Source: an uncultured Gammaproteobacteria bacterium (GTDB taxonomy: Bacteria; Patescibacteriota; Microgenomatia; UBA12405). From it: 63,694 bases of DNA. Both the position numbers and the translations under genes were made by a program. Below are positions 31,862 to 41,389 of the stretch, in pieces. The notes below the pieces were generated by a model. That model saw only the letters and a program-made list of their open reading frames with translations. It had not been told where the DNA came from and did no database searches. The first letter of the stretch is position 1. The number at the start of each line of letters is the position of its first letter. The DNA lies in NCBI GenBank assembly GCA_964537905.1, contig CAZICU010000002.1, positions 1 to 63,694 of the forward strand, given 5' to 3'.

Positions 31862-34534
31862 ATGTTAGATAAAATTATCGTCAAAGGAGCTCGAGAAAAT
31901 AATTTAAAAAATGTTTTCTTTGAGTTCCCTAAAAATAAACTCGTCGTGTTTACCGGTGTTTCTGGCTCCGGTAAATCTTCTATGGCTTTTGATACTCTTT
32001 TTGCCGAAAGTCAGCGTCGTTACGTAGAGAGCTTGTCTAGCTATGCTCGCCAATTTTTAGGCAACATGAAACGCCCTGAAGTTGATTTTATTGATGGTCT
32101 TTCTCCCTCTATTGCTATCAATCAAAAAGCTATTTCTCATAATCCTCGATCTACTGTCGGTACTGTTACCGAAATTTACGATTATCTTCGTTTGCTTTTT
32201 GCTCGGATTGGTCATCCTCATTGTCCCGAATGTGGTCGCGAAGTTTCTCCTCAGACAAGTCGCCAGATTGTCACCCAAATTTTAGATAATGCCTCAGGTC
32301 AAATATCAGCTTTAAATCTCTATCGATTTTTAGTTTTATCTCCCATTATTCGTGATAAAAAAGGTGACTTTAAAGGTCTTATTGAGAATTTAAAAAAGCA
32401 AGGTTATAAATGGATTCGCGTTGACAATCAAATCATCGATTTATATTCTGATTTCGGTATTGCCAAAACTAATAAACACAATATTGATGCCGTCATTGAT
32501 CGTGTTTCTATTAGTAAAGATAATCTCAAAGACATTAAATCAATTTATGATCGTCTTATTGATGATATTGAACAAGCCATGAAATTAGCCAATGGTTTGG
32601 TAATTACTGCTCAAATCACTGATACAGGATTTGATTTTCCCGACAATCCCAAAGATTTTATTGACACTTTATTTTCCGAAAATTTTGCCTGTCCTAACTG
32701 TAATATTTCACTTCCAGAAATCGAACCCCGTTTATTTTCTTTCAATTCTCCCCAAGGTGCTTGTCTTGAATGCAAAGGTCTTGGATCAAAATATCAGGTT
32801 GATCGATCAAAATTTCCCGAATGGCGGGCCAAAATGATGGAAAGTCGTTATGCTTCAGTTTCTTCTGATGCTATTCGTGAAGAACTCGAAAAATTTATGA
32901 TCAAAAGTGAATGCACTACTTGTCACGGTGCTCGTCTCAATCAAGACGCTCTTTCTATCCATATTTTAGGTCAAAATATTTATCAAATCACTCAATTACC
33001 CATCGAAAAATTAAATAGTTGGCTAAACCATCTTGATTCAGTCTTAACTAGCGACAAAGAAAAAGAAATTGTCACTCCTATCAAAAAAGAATTAGCCGCT
33101 CGAATTGAATTTTTGTTAGCTGTTGGTCTTGATTATTTAAGTCTCGATCGTGAAGCGGGTACTTTGTCTAGCGGTGAATCACAACGAATTCGTTTGGCTA
33201 GTCAAATTGGAACTGGTTTAACCGGTGTTCTTTATGTTCTCGATGAACCCACCATCGGTCTTCATTCTCGTGATAATGATCGTTTAATCGCTACTCTTCA
33301 AAAACTCAAAGATTTAGGTAACTCTTTAGTCGTCGTTGAACATGATGAAGATGTTATAAAATCTGCCGATTATATCGTTGATTTTGGTCTATATGCGGGC
33401 AAACACGGTGGTGAAATTATCGCTCAAGGTAGTCTTGATGATATAAAAAAGAATAAAGACTCTTTAACTGGTAAATATTTATCGGGTAAATTACAAATTA
33501 AAAATAATCTTGATTCAAATATAATTAATCCTGATTACAAAATCTCAATTAAAGGTGCCAGTCAATGGAATCTCAAACATGTTGATGTTGATTTTCCTTT
33601 AAATAAATTAATTTGTGTCACTGGTGTTTCTGGGTCAGGTAAGTCAACTTTGGTTCACGACACTCTTTATGGTGGTGTTCGCCAAGCTACTCTTGGAAGT
33701 TATTATGGTTTTATTGGTAAGTATGATGAAATTAAAGGTGCCGACAATGTTACTGATGTTTTATTAGTCGATCAGTCTCCCATCGGTCGCACTCCTCGCA
33801 GTAATCCGGCCACTTACACCAAAATTTTTGATGACATCCGCAAACTTATGGCTCAAACTATCGAAGCTCAAATTCGTGGTTTTAGTGCTGACAGATTTTC
33901 TTTTAATGCCAAAACCGGTCGTTGTCCTATTTGCCAAGGTCAAGGTCAAATCAAAATTGAAATGCAATTTTTACCCGATATTTATGTCACTTGTGATGAA
34001 TGTCATGGTACTCGATACAAAGAAGAAACTTTAGAAGTCGAATATAAAGGCAAAAATATTGCTCAAATTCTCAAAATGACTATTGATGAAGCTAGTGAAT
34101 TTTTCAAAAATATCCCCAAGCTAAAACGCATGTTGACCACTATTCAAGATGTTGGTTTGGGTTATTTAGAATTAGGTCAGCCATCCAATACTTTATCAGG
34201 AGGGGAATCACAACGTCTCAAAATTAGCCGGGAATTAGTTAAATTAGGTCGTGGCAAAATGCTTTATATTCTCGACGAACCAACCACTGGTTTACATTTT
34301 TATGATGTTGATAAATTAATTACTGTCTTACGAAAATTAGTTGATAAAGGTAATACTGTGGTGGTTATTGAACACAATCTTGATGTTATTAAAAATGCTG
34401 ATTGGATTATTGATATGGGTCCTGAAGGTGGTGATAAAGGTGGGGAATTAGTTGTCGCTGGTACCGTCAAAGATGTCATCAATTGTGATCGTTCTTACAC
34501 CGGCCAATACCTCAAAAAGAACATTTCTCCCTAA
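31862..34534 (+). CDS. uvrA: Excinuclease ABC subunit A
   Basis: Has two ABC modules (GVSGSGKSS / GVSGSGKST, and LSGGESQR twice) and Zn-finger Cys pairs (CPECG, CPNC..CLEC, CPICQG..CDEC). Confidence 0.95.
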   Translation: MLDKIIVKGARENNLKNVFFEFPKNKLVVFTGVSGSGKSSMAFDTLFAESQRRYVESLSSYARQFLGNMKRPEVDFIDGLSPSIAINQKAISHNPRSTVGTVTEIYDYLRLLFARIGHPHCPECGREVSPQTSRQIVTQILDNASGQISALNLYRFLVLSPIIRDKKGDFKGLIENLKKQGYKWIRVDNQIIDLYSDFGIAKTNKHNIDAVIDRVSISKDNLKDIKSIYDRLIDDIEQAMKLANGLVITAQITDTGFDFPDNPKDFIDTLFSENFACPNCNISLPEIEPRLFSFNSPQGACLECKGLGSKYQVDRSKFPEWRAKMMESRYASVSSDAIREELEKFMIKSECTTCHGARLNQDALSIHILGQNIYQITQLPIEKLNSWLNHLDSVLTSDKEKEIVTPIKKELAARIEFLLAVGLDYLSLDREAGTLSSGESQRIRLASQIGTGLTGVLYVLDEPTIGLHSRDNDRLIATLQKLKDLGNSLVVVEHDEDVIKSADYIVDFGLYAGKHGGEIIAQGSLDDIKKNKDSLTGKYLSGKLQIKNNLDSNIINPDYKISIKGASQWNLKHVDVDFPLNKLICVTGVSGSGKSTLVHDTLYGGVRQATLGSYYGFIGKYDEIKGADNVTDVLLVDQSPIGRTPRSNPATYTKIFDDIRKLMAQTIEAQIRGFSADRFSFNAKTGRCPICQGQGQIKIEMQFLPDIYVTCDECHGTRYKEETLEVEYKGKNIAQILKMTIDEASEFFKNIPKLKRMLTTIQDVGLGYLELGQPSNTLSGGESQRLKISRELVKLGRGKMLYILDEPTTGLHFYDVDKLITVLRKLVDKGNTVVVIEHNLDVIKNADWIIDMGPEGGDKGGELVVAGTVKDVINCDRSYTGQYLKKNISP

Positions 34535-36032
34535 TTTCCACTGTTGTTCTCCATCCGGTTTCCCATTTATCAATAGTACAATATTCTTTAAATTGATTTA
34601 GCCAACCAATATATAAATCTTTAGTTTCATAAATCAAAGCTATTTTTTTATTTTTACTTTCTTTAACATTTTCATAAAATTCATTTTGAGTTCTTATATA
34701 TTCTGGTACTTCAGTCAAACTGTAAGATACTTTATTTGGCATATAGCCATATTTTTTAGGTCCATACCACCAATATAAATATTGATTTGGGTAATCATAA
34801 ACTTCTGGTACATAATTATAAGCTTCAAAACCATCATTATTCATTTTTTCATAAACCCAATCAATACTTTTAATTAAATTAGCTAAATTTTTGGGATCAT
34901 CACTTGATTTTTGACCAATAAATTGCCATTGATCAATAGTTGTTAGGTATATATTTCTTATTAATAAAATTCCTACTAACAACCCCGCTCCTTTTTTAAA
35001 TTTATTTATATTAATCAATCCTATGGCTATCACAAAACAATACCAAATTCTCAAACTTTCCAAATACCAACTTTTTAATTGGTGATGATATATCGTTATA
35101 TAAAATATTAAGGCAAATAACCAAAAAGAAACAAAATAAACGCCATTTTTACGATATTTTTTATTAATTAAAATCAATCCGATTGCTAACAATAAAATTA
35201 TTAATCCAGCTCCATATGGACCAATAAATTGTCCTTCAAAAAAACCTCTCATTGTTTTTAAATGTGATAGAACCACTTCTTCAAAAGAAATTTTATCTCC
35301 CAATACATTATTACTACCTGTAAAGATTCCTATCAATAACTTTGTCATTTGAAATTTATTTTTAATTTCAAGTAATATTTGAGGTAAAAACCATGGCAAA
35401 GCCCCAATCAAAAAGTTTTTCCATGTTTTTGCTTTTTTGTTCAACACGACGATTATTATTGAAAATAGTAAACAAACTATTCCAAAAGCAGCTTCAAACT
35501 GAGTTAATAATGCACTAGTAACGCCCAAAAATAATACTGATTTTTTGTCTTTTTTTTCCAAAAAATTCCACAAAGCTACAAAAAAATAAACACTCAAATA
35601 TGTTGCCATATTGGCATTCCAAAAATATCTTGTCAAATTAAACATTTGTGGTGCCATTAAAAACAAAGTTCCAATCAAAAAACCTAAAGTTATATTTCTT
35701 TTTCGAAAATACCAAAAGACAAATCCTCCCGAAATTAAGAATAATAATATATTCCAATAAACCAAAGCTTGCGGATTACCGTTTCCTAACCAATAAGCCG
35801 GTAAATTTATATAATAATAAAATGGTCCCAATCGTAAACCATTAATCGAAGTTGTCGGTCCTAAAACAGCTAAATCTTTAAATTCACCTAAAGCTCTAAT
35901 ATCCAACATATCCCTAGCTTGATCATAAGTGTAAACCGTATTGTAATTTTTTGTTTGCAAAAACCTAATAAGGCCAGAAAAAAATAAAATCAATCCAAAA
36001 ATAATTGTTAAAATTTTTTCCTTTCTTTTCAT
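34512..36032 (-). CDS. Polytopic membrane protein, probable GT-C glycosyltransferase (ArnT/PMT-like)
   Basis: 506 aa with more than 10 TM segments, followed by a soluble C-terminal domain. Its 3' end overlaps the uvrA 3' end by 23 nt (convergent genes). Confidence 0.55.
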   Translation of the reverse strand: MKRKEKILTIIFGLILFFSGLIRFLQTKNYNTVYTYDQARDMLDIRALGEFKDLAVLGPTTSINGLRLGPFYYYINLPAYWLGNGNPQALVYWNILLFLISGGFVFWYFRKRNITLGFLIGTLFLMAPQMFNLTRYFWNANMATYLSVYFFVALWNFLEKKDKKSVLFLGVTSALLTQFEAAFGIVCLLFSIIIVVLNKKAKTWKNFLIGALPWFLPQILLEIKNKFQMTKLLIGIFTGSNNVLGDKISFEEVVLSHLKTMRGFFEGQFIGPYGAGLIILLLAIGLILINKKYRKNGVYFVSFWLFALIFYITIYHHQLKSWYLESLRIWYCFVIAIGLININKFKKGAGLLVGILLIRNIYLTTIDQWQFIGQKSSDDPKNLANLIKSIDWVYEKMNNDGFEAYNYVPEVYDYPNQYLYWWYGPKKYGYMPNKVSYSLTEVPEYIRTQNEFYENVKESKNKKIALIYETKDLYIGWLNQFKEYCTIDKWETGWRTTVEIREKCSF

Positions 36033-36054
36033 ACTTTCATTATATAATACCTAT

Positions 36055-37299
36055 GTGATTGATATAAGTCATCTCCCAGGTTTACCCGGTGTTTATATTT
36101 ATAAAAATTCTACCGGTAAAATTATTTATATTGGCAAAGCCGTTAATCTTAAAAAACGGGTTTCTCAGTATTTTCAATCCGACCAGGCTCTGGGTTACAA
36201 AACTGGTCATTTAGTTTCCGAAATTGCTGACATTAATTTTCATACTGTTGGTTCCGAAATCGAAGCTTTAGTTCTTGAATCTAGTCTTATCAAACAATAT
36301 CATCCCAAATTCAATTCTCAACTCAAAGATGACAAAAGCTATATTTATATCACTATTACCAAAGATAAATTTCCTCTCATTAAACCGGCTTTCAAATCTA
36401 CTCTCAATCAAAATGATATATTTTATGGTCCTTTTCCAGATAGTGCTTCAGTTAAAAGTCTTCTTAAAACCATTCGTCGCATTTTTCCTTATTATTCAAA
36501 AAAACATGAAATTAAACCTTGCCTTTATTGCCATCTTGGTCTTTGCCCAGGAGTTAATCCAGACCCCAAAGAATATCGAGCTAATATTTCCAAAATCAAA
36601 AAAATCCTTCATGGTCACTTCCATAAATTAATTTCCCAATTAACCAAGGAAATGAATCTTTTTTCCCAAGCCGAAAACTATGAATTAGCTAAAGTTCGTC
36701 GTGATCAAATCAATTCTTTAAAATACATTACTTCTGGTTGGCAAAACCTCAGTCATCTTTATCAAGAAATTGATTTTAAAGAAGATAAATATCAAAAAGC
36801 TTGTGATCAATTAGTTTTAACTTTATCGCCATATTTCCCCAAACTCAAACAAATTAATCGTCTTGAAGGTTATGATATTTCCAATTTGGGTTCTAAATTT
36901 TTTGTTGGAGCTATGACAGTTTTTCAAAATGGTAAAATCGACAATTCGGCCTATCGTCAATTTAAAATAAATTCAAAAGTTACCCCAGATGACCAATATA
37001 TGATCAAAGAAATAATTTACCGTCGTCTCAAACATCCAGAATGGGGGATACCTGATCTAATTGTTGTTGATGGTGGTAAACCCCAAGTTTCCGCCGCTAC
37101 TTCACTCACTAATATTCCTATTATCGGGCTAGCCAAAAGAGAAGAAACTATAGTTGTAAAAACAAAGGATTCGTGGCAAGAAATTAAATTATCAAATAAT
37201 TCTCCTTCTCTTCAACTTCTTCAGCAACTTCGCGATGAAGCTCATCGCTTCGCCAATCGCTACCGAAAACAACTTGTCAAAATTGATTTGAAAGGATAA
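36055..37299 (+). CDS. uvrC: Excinuclease ABC subunit C (short form lacking the C-terminal HhH2 domain)
   Basis: Carries a GIY-YIG domain (GVYIYKN..IIYIGKAVNLKKRV), a Cys motif CLYCHLGLCPG, a UVR domain (AENYELAKVRRDQINSL) and an RNase H-like endonuclease domain (EGYDISN..VVDGGKPQ..RDEAHRFANRY). It is 414 aa with a GTG start. Confidence 0.85.
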   Translation: MIDISHLPGLPGVYIYKNSTGKIIYIGKAVNLKKRVSQYFQSDQALGYKTGHLVSEIADINFHTVGSEIEALVLESSLIKQYHPKFNSQLKDDKSYIYITITKDKFPLIKPAFKSTLNQNDIFYGPFPDSASVKSLLKTIRRIFPYYSKKHEIKPCLYCHLGLCPGVNPDPKEYRANISKIKKILHGHFHKLISQLTKEMNLFSQAENYELAKVRRDQINSLKYITSGWQNLSHLYQEIDFKEDKYQKACDQLVLTLSPYFPKLKQINRLEGYDISNLGSKFFVGAMTVFQNGKIDNSAYRQFKINSKVTPDDQYMIKEIIYRRLKHPEWGIPDLIVVDGGKPQVSAATSLTNIPIIGLAKREETIVVKTKDSWQEIKLSNNSPSLQLLQQLRDEAHRFANRYRKQLVKIDLKG

Positions 37300-37302
37300 A
37301 AT

Positions 37303-38310
37303 ATGCCCATGTCCACCGCCGAAAAATTTATTCCAACAATTAACGAAAATCGTTTTAGTCTCTCAAAAGAGTATCTTAAAAATTGTGATTTAATTATTGA
37401 TTATGGTAATGAAAACCATCCTCGTCGTGATTTACATTTTTTTCCTAATGCCTTTTCTAGTAAAGTAATAAGTGACGATAGTTATAGAGTTAAACAAATT
37501 AAAGCAAGTTTTAATAAAATTAATTCCATTTCAAATCCAGACTATATAGAATGGATAAAAAATGGTAAAAAAATAAGTGAAGCATTAGAAATTATTATTA
37601 CTGACCAAATTAAATTTGGAAATTGGTTTGGTAATTATTCTTTACCTTTCAGAACTACCGAATATGACGATCTTGTAAATGGTGTTGATATTGTCGCCAA
37701 ATTTGATATTGAGAGAAATAATCACCAAGAAAGATTTTATTTATCTATTGATTCAACTAGTTACACCAATTCAGATCGGATTTCAGAAAAAATTAATCGT
37801 AATATTTCAAAATTGCTTTCAAATAATTTTGAAGTTAAGTATTATGAATCACCAACTCCTGGGAAAAATAATTTCTATCGGGGTAGATTAAAAAACACCA
37901 TTCCTGTCATCATTGGATTAGATTCTGCTCATACTGCAGAATTAATTAATCAATTTTCTAATTTTATTTCACTTCAAAGAATAATCAAAGATAACTCACC
38001 ACAATTAGATAATGAACACCTCTTTGTTTATCAAGAAGAATTTAAACAACTTAAACATAAATTGGAAACAAATCCGTGTCAATTAATTTTTTTAAAAGAA
38101 ATAAATTGTCAATTAAATATGTATTCTCGTATTTTAGCAAAAGAAAATGATAGTGAAATTAAACTTAGAATACCTACTATTGGAAAATTAAAAAAAGTAA
38201 TCAATGGTGTTATTCAAGAAAAAGAAGACATAATTAATTCTCCGGAAACGGAAAATTTTAAAAATACAGACACTGTTTATCGTTTGATTTGTTGTCCGTT
38301 ACAAAGATAA
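37303..38310 (+). CDS. Hypothetical protein (orphan), 3 nt downstream of uvrC
   Basis: 335-aa AT-rich ORF. No motif was recognised. Confidence 0.4.
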   Translation: MPMSTAEKFIPTINENRFSLSKEYLKNCDLIIDYGNENHPRRDLHFFPNAFSSKVISDDSYRVKQIKASFNKINSISNPDYIEWIKNGKKISEALEIIITDQIKFGNWFGNYSLPFRTTEYDDLVNGVDIVAKFDIERNNHQERFYLSIDSTSYTNSDRISEKINRNISKLLSNNFEVKYYESPTPGKNNFYRGRLKNTIPVIIGLDSAHTAELINQFSNFISLQRIIKDNSPQLDNEHLFVYQEEFKQLKHKLETNPCQLIFLKEINCQLNMYSRILAKENDSEIKLRIPTIGKLKKVINGVIQEKEDIINSPETENFKNTDTVYRLICCPLQR

Positions 38311-38318
38311 GTTAATTT

Positions 38319-38507
38319 TTAGAAATTTACTTTTTCAATACTTTTACGGATAAGATATTGATCTTCTTCTATTGCTCTTTCGTTTATTGGAAAACAATCT
38401 CCGTCTTCATGTCCATTAATTCCGACTAAATCTTCACGAAAAACATTTACGCCGTATTTAAGATCATCTGGAGTTAAAAATTCTTCATGTTCTGTTTTTA
38501 AATTCAT
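38319..38507 (-). CDS. Small acidic hypothetical protein
   Basis: 62-aa ORF with no recognised motif. Its coding status is uncertain. Confidence 0.25.
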   Translation of the reverse strand: MNLKTEHEEFLTPDDLKYGVNVFREDLVGINGHEDGDCFPINERAIEEDQYLIRKSIEKVNF

Positions 38508-38556
38508 TTTAAGATTTAATTATTAACCTATAATAATATTATACCATATCTGATCA

Positions 38557-40002
38557 TTACTGATCAAATTTTACCATCTTTCTAATATGTTCTTTTGCCC
38601 ATTGAGTTTTAACCACATCTAACCAATTTTTATTTACATTTATTTTTTTACCCAAAAGTACCTCCACTAAATCACCAGTTTTTAATTCATCATTTATTTT
38701 TGCCATAATTCCATTAATTTTAATTCCTTTACATCTATCACCGATACTAGTGTGGATTCTATAAGCAAAATCCAAAGCGGTACTTCCTTTTGGCAACTGA
38801 ATTGTGTCGCCTTTTGGCGTAAATACATAAACATAATTAGTTAAAACCTTAATTTGATAATTATTGATATTATTATCGCCTTTTTGCCATTTAACCAAAT
38901 CTTTGACCCACTCCATTCCTCGGCCATTTTCTTCCATTACTCCTTTTCCCATTTTATAGGCAATATGAGAAGCTGGTCCAAACTCATTAAATTCATGCAT
39001 TTCTTTAGTTTTAATTTGAATTTCCACAGTCATCTTATCTTTCCAGCCTATCGTTGTCTGAATTGATCGATATCCATTTGGCTTTGGTGCCGAAATATAA
39101 TCTTCAAATTCTTCTTGTATATATTTGTATTTAGCATGTAATAATCCCAAAACAGTATAACAATCAACCAAATTATCGGTTAAAACTCTAATTGCCACTC
39201 TATCTTTTACTTGGTAGCCTTCACCTTTCTTTTTTATTTTTAAATAAGTACTATATAAACTTTTAATTCTACCTTCAACAATAGCATTATTAATATTATT
39301 AATTTTTAAAATTCTTTCTACTTCATTTTTTATTAAATTAAGAGCTTTAATTTCATCTTTTTCTTTACCTTTAAAAGATTCTTGAATTTTTTTTGCTTCT
39401 TCAGGATAAAGAGTTCTAAAAGCAATATCCTCAATTCTTTTTTTAAAATAATGTAGTCCCACATATTCTGCCAATGGTCCGTAAACCCGCATAATATTTT
39501 TTGCATAAATTATTTGCCTTTCTTTAGGTAAATATTCAATAGTCATTGCATTATGTAATTTATCTACCAATCTTATAATTAAAACTCGAACATCATTGAC
39601 CGATGAAAAGAAAAACTTTCTGAATGTTTCAATATTAGTTTGGTTAATTTGTATTCCCTTTGTTTTGGTTTTAACTTCAGTCAAACCAGAAACTAAAAGA
39701 GCTACTTCATCTCCAAATTGTTCAGCAATATCATCAATTTTAATTTCAGTATCTTCAATTGAATCATGCAAAAGTGCCGCCACTATTGCTTCTTGACCAA
39801 TATTAAGTTGAGCTACAACTTTGGCAATCCAAACCGTATGAGAAATATATGGTTCACCCGAGTATCTTTTTTGTCCCTCATGAGCTTTAGCCATGAAATC
39901 ATAGGCTTGTTTAATTATTTTTTTGTCAAAATTTAAAGATTTGTCAACTATTGTCTCTAAACTTTGCCAATAATTATCAGAAAAAGATAAATCTAGTCCC
40001 AT
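38557..40002 (-). CDS. RelA/SpoT family (p)ppGpp synthetase/hydrolase (short, no ACT domain)
   Basis: Has an HD domain (LLHDSIEDT), a synthetase domain (NGYRSIQTTI) and a TGS domain (VFTPKGD..LPKGSTALDFAYRIH). Confidence 0.9.
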   Translation of the reverse strand: MGLDLSFSDNYWQSLETIVDKSLNFDKKIIKQAYDFMAKAHEGQKRYSGEPYISHTVWIAKVVAQLNIGQEAIVAALLHDSIEDTEIKIDDIAEQFGDEVALLVSGLTEVKTKTKGIQINQTNIETFRKFFFSSVNDVRVLIIRLVDKLHNAMTIEYLPKERQIIYAKNIMRVYGPLAEYVGLHYFKKRIEDIAFRTLYPEEAKKIQESFKGKEKDEIKALNLIKNEVERILKINNINNAIVEGRIKSLYSTYLKIKKKGEGYQVKDRVAIRVLTDNLVDCYTVLGLLHAKYKYIQEEFEDYISAPKPNGYRSIQTTIGWKDKMTVEIQIKTKEMHEFNEFGPASHIAYKMGKGVMEENGRGMEWVKDLVKWQKGDNNINNYQIKVLTNYVYVFTPKGDTIQLPKGSTALDFAYRIHTSIGDRCKGIKINGIMAKINDELKTGDLVEVLLGKKINVNKNWLDVVKTQWAKEHIRKMVKFDQ

Positions 40003-40025
40003 TACTAATTTTACCTCAGAATCAG

Positions 40026-40763
40026 TTAAATTTTTTCAGCAAAAACTAACAATCTTTGCCAGTTAGTTCCAATTGGCCAGCAAGTTTGTAATATTAAAAC
40101 TTCTTTTCCTTCTTCAGAATAATTTAAATATTCAGTTTCTTTTGATTTAATTATTTTTTTTGTATATACCCTATATATAAAAATTTCTTTCTTATAATTT
40201 ACAATAATTTCATCATTTTCTTTTAATTCTCCTAGTAAATAAAAAACTGGATTATCTCTAGCATCAATTATTTCTTGCTCACTTGAATGAGCAAACAAAA
40301 AGATAGTTTTATTTTGACCATCACCTGGAAAAGCTGATCCCAAAGCCTGAGCTACAGTATTATTTTTTAATGCCGTCAGATATTCTTTTTTACTGGAAAT
40401 CGAGATATCAGGTTCTATTTTTGCTTCAGCTCCTATTTTAGGAATAGAAATGAAAAATTCATCTGGTTCATTTATATCAATTAATGGTATTGGTGTTACT
40501 TTAACCACTACTTTGTTATTTTTAATTTCTTTAATTTTATTAGCCACCTGATCCTGATCAATTAATTTATAGTTTATCCAGCTTTTTATTATAGGTTCAT
40601 ATATGTATAGTATTCCTCCCAATGAAAATATTACTAAAATCGATCCAAAATAAAAAAATATTTTTTTCCACCACCTTGGGTTACTATAAATTACCCCCTT
40701 ATTTTTTTGTATCTTGACCTCTCTTTTACTAGGTGTTACTTTAAAAAAGTTGTTTAAAATCAC
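40026..40763 (-). CDS. Sortase family transpeptidase
   Basis: Has an N-terminal TM anchor, a conserved His (FLFAHSS), the catalytic Cys motif LILQTCWP and a downstream Arg (WQRLLV). Confidence 0.8.
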   Translation of the reverse strand: MILNNFFKVTPSKREVKIQKNKGVIYSNPRWWKKIFFYFGSILVIFSLGGILYIYEPIIKSWINYKLIDQDQVANKIKEIKNNKVVVKVTPIPLIDINEPDEFFISIPKIGAEAKIEPDISISSKKEYLTALKNNTVAQALGSAFPGDGQNKTIFLFAHSSEQEIIDARDNPVFYLLGELKENDEIIVNYKKEIFIYRVYTKKIIKSKETEYLNYSEEGKEVLILQTCWPIGTNWQRLLVFAEKI

Positions 40764-40901
40764 AACTAATTAAACCATTAATTTTCATTTGACAAAAGAC
40801 TTACCTTGACTTAATATAATTATTCATCTGTATTTCCCAAGCAGATTTTAATTAAAATTGGGAGTTTTCGTTAAATAGGACTAAATTTCAAGTCAAAAAA
40901 A

Positions 40902-41360
40902 ATGAATCAAAAAAATCTCCTAACCAAGGATGGACACCAAAAATTGACCGAACAGCTAATCGAACTCAAAAGAAAACAAGATCACTTAATCAGTCAAATT
41001 GAAGATGTTGCCCAACCAGACGAATCAGGTGAAGATGGCTTAGCTTCTCAATTAAAAGAAGAACTAGAAGTTACTAATAATCAAATTGAACAAATTGAAG
41101 AAACTTTAGAATCAAGTGAAATTATTAGCGATAAAGCTTCTTTTGATTCTATTCAAGTTGGTTGTAAAGTAAAAATCAAAATTTCTGCTGGAACCAAAGA
41201 ATTTTACATTGTTAATCAATTAGAATCAGATCCGACTGTTAATAAAATTTCTGATCAATCACCTTTAGGTAAGGCTTTGATTGGTAAAAAGATTAATGAC
41301 GAAATCGAAGTTAATGCTCCTGTTGGTAAAATAATCTACAAAATTGTTTCTATTAACTAA
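40902..41360 (+). CDS. greA: Transcription elongation factor GreA
   Basis: Has an N-terminal coiled coil (LTKDGHQKLTEQLIELK) and a C-terminal FKBP-like domain carrying ISDQSPLGKALIGKK. Confidence 0.85.
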   Translation: MNQKNLLTKDGHQKLTEQLIELKRKQDHLISQIEDVAQPDESGEDGLASQLKEELEVTNNQIEQIEETLESSEIISDKASFDSIQVGCKVKIKISAGTKEFYIVNQLESDPTVNKISDQSPLGKALIGKKINDEIEVNAPVGKIIYKIVSIN

Positions 41361-41389
41361 ATCAGACATGATTATAGTAAAATAATCTC

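Noticed and set aside
34512-34534. Overlap of uvrA and the GT-C gene as a sign of frameshift or misassembly
   Set aside because: The genes are convergent and each has a complete, conserved C-terminus. A 23-nt overlap of 3' ends is plausible in a compact genome.
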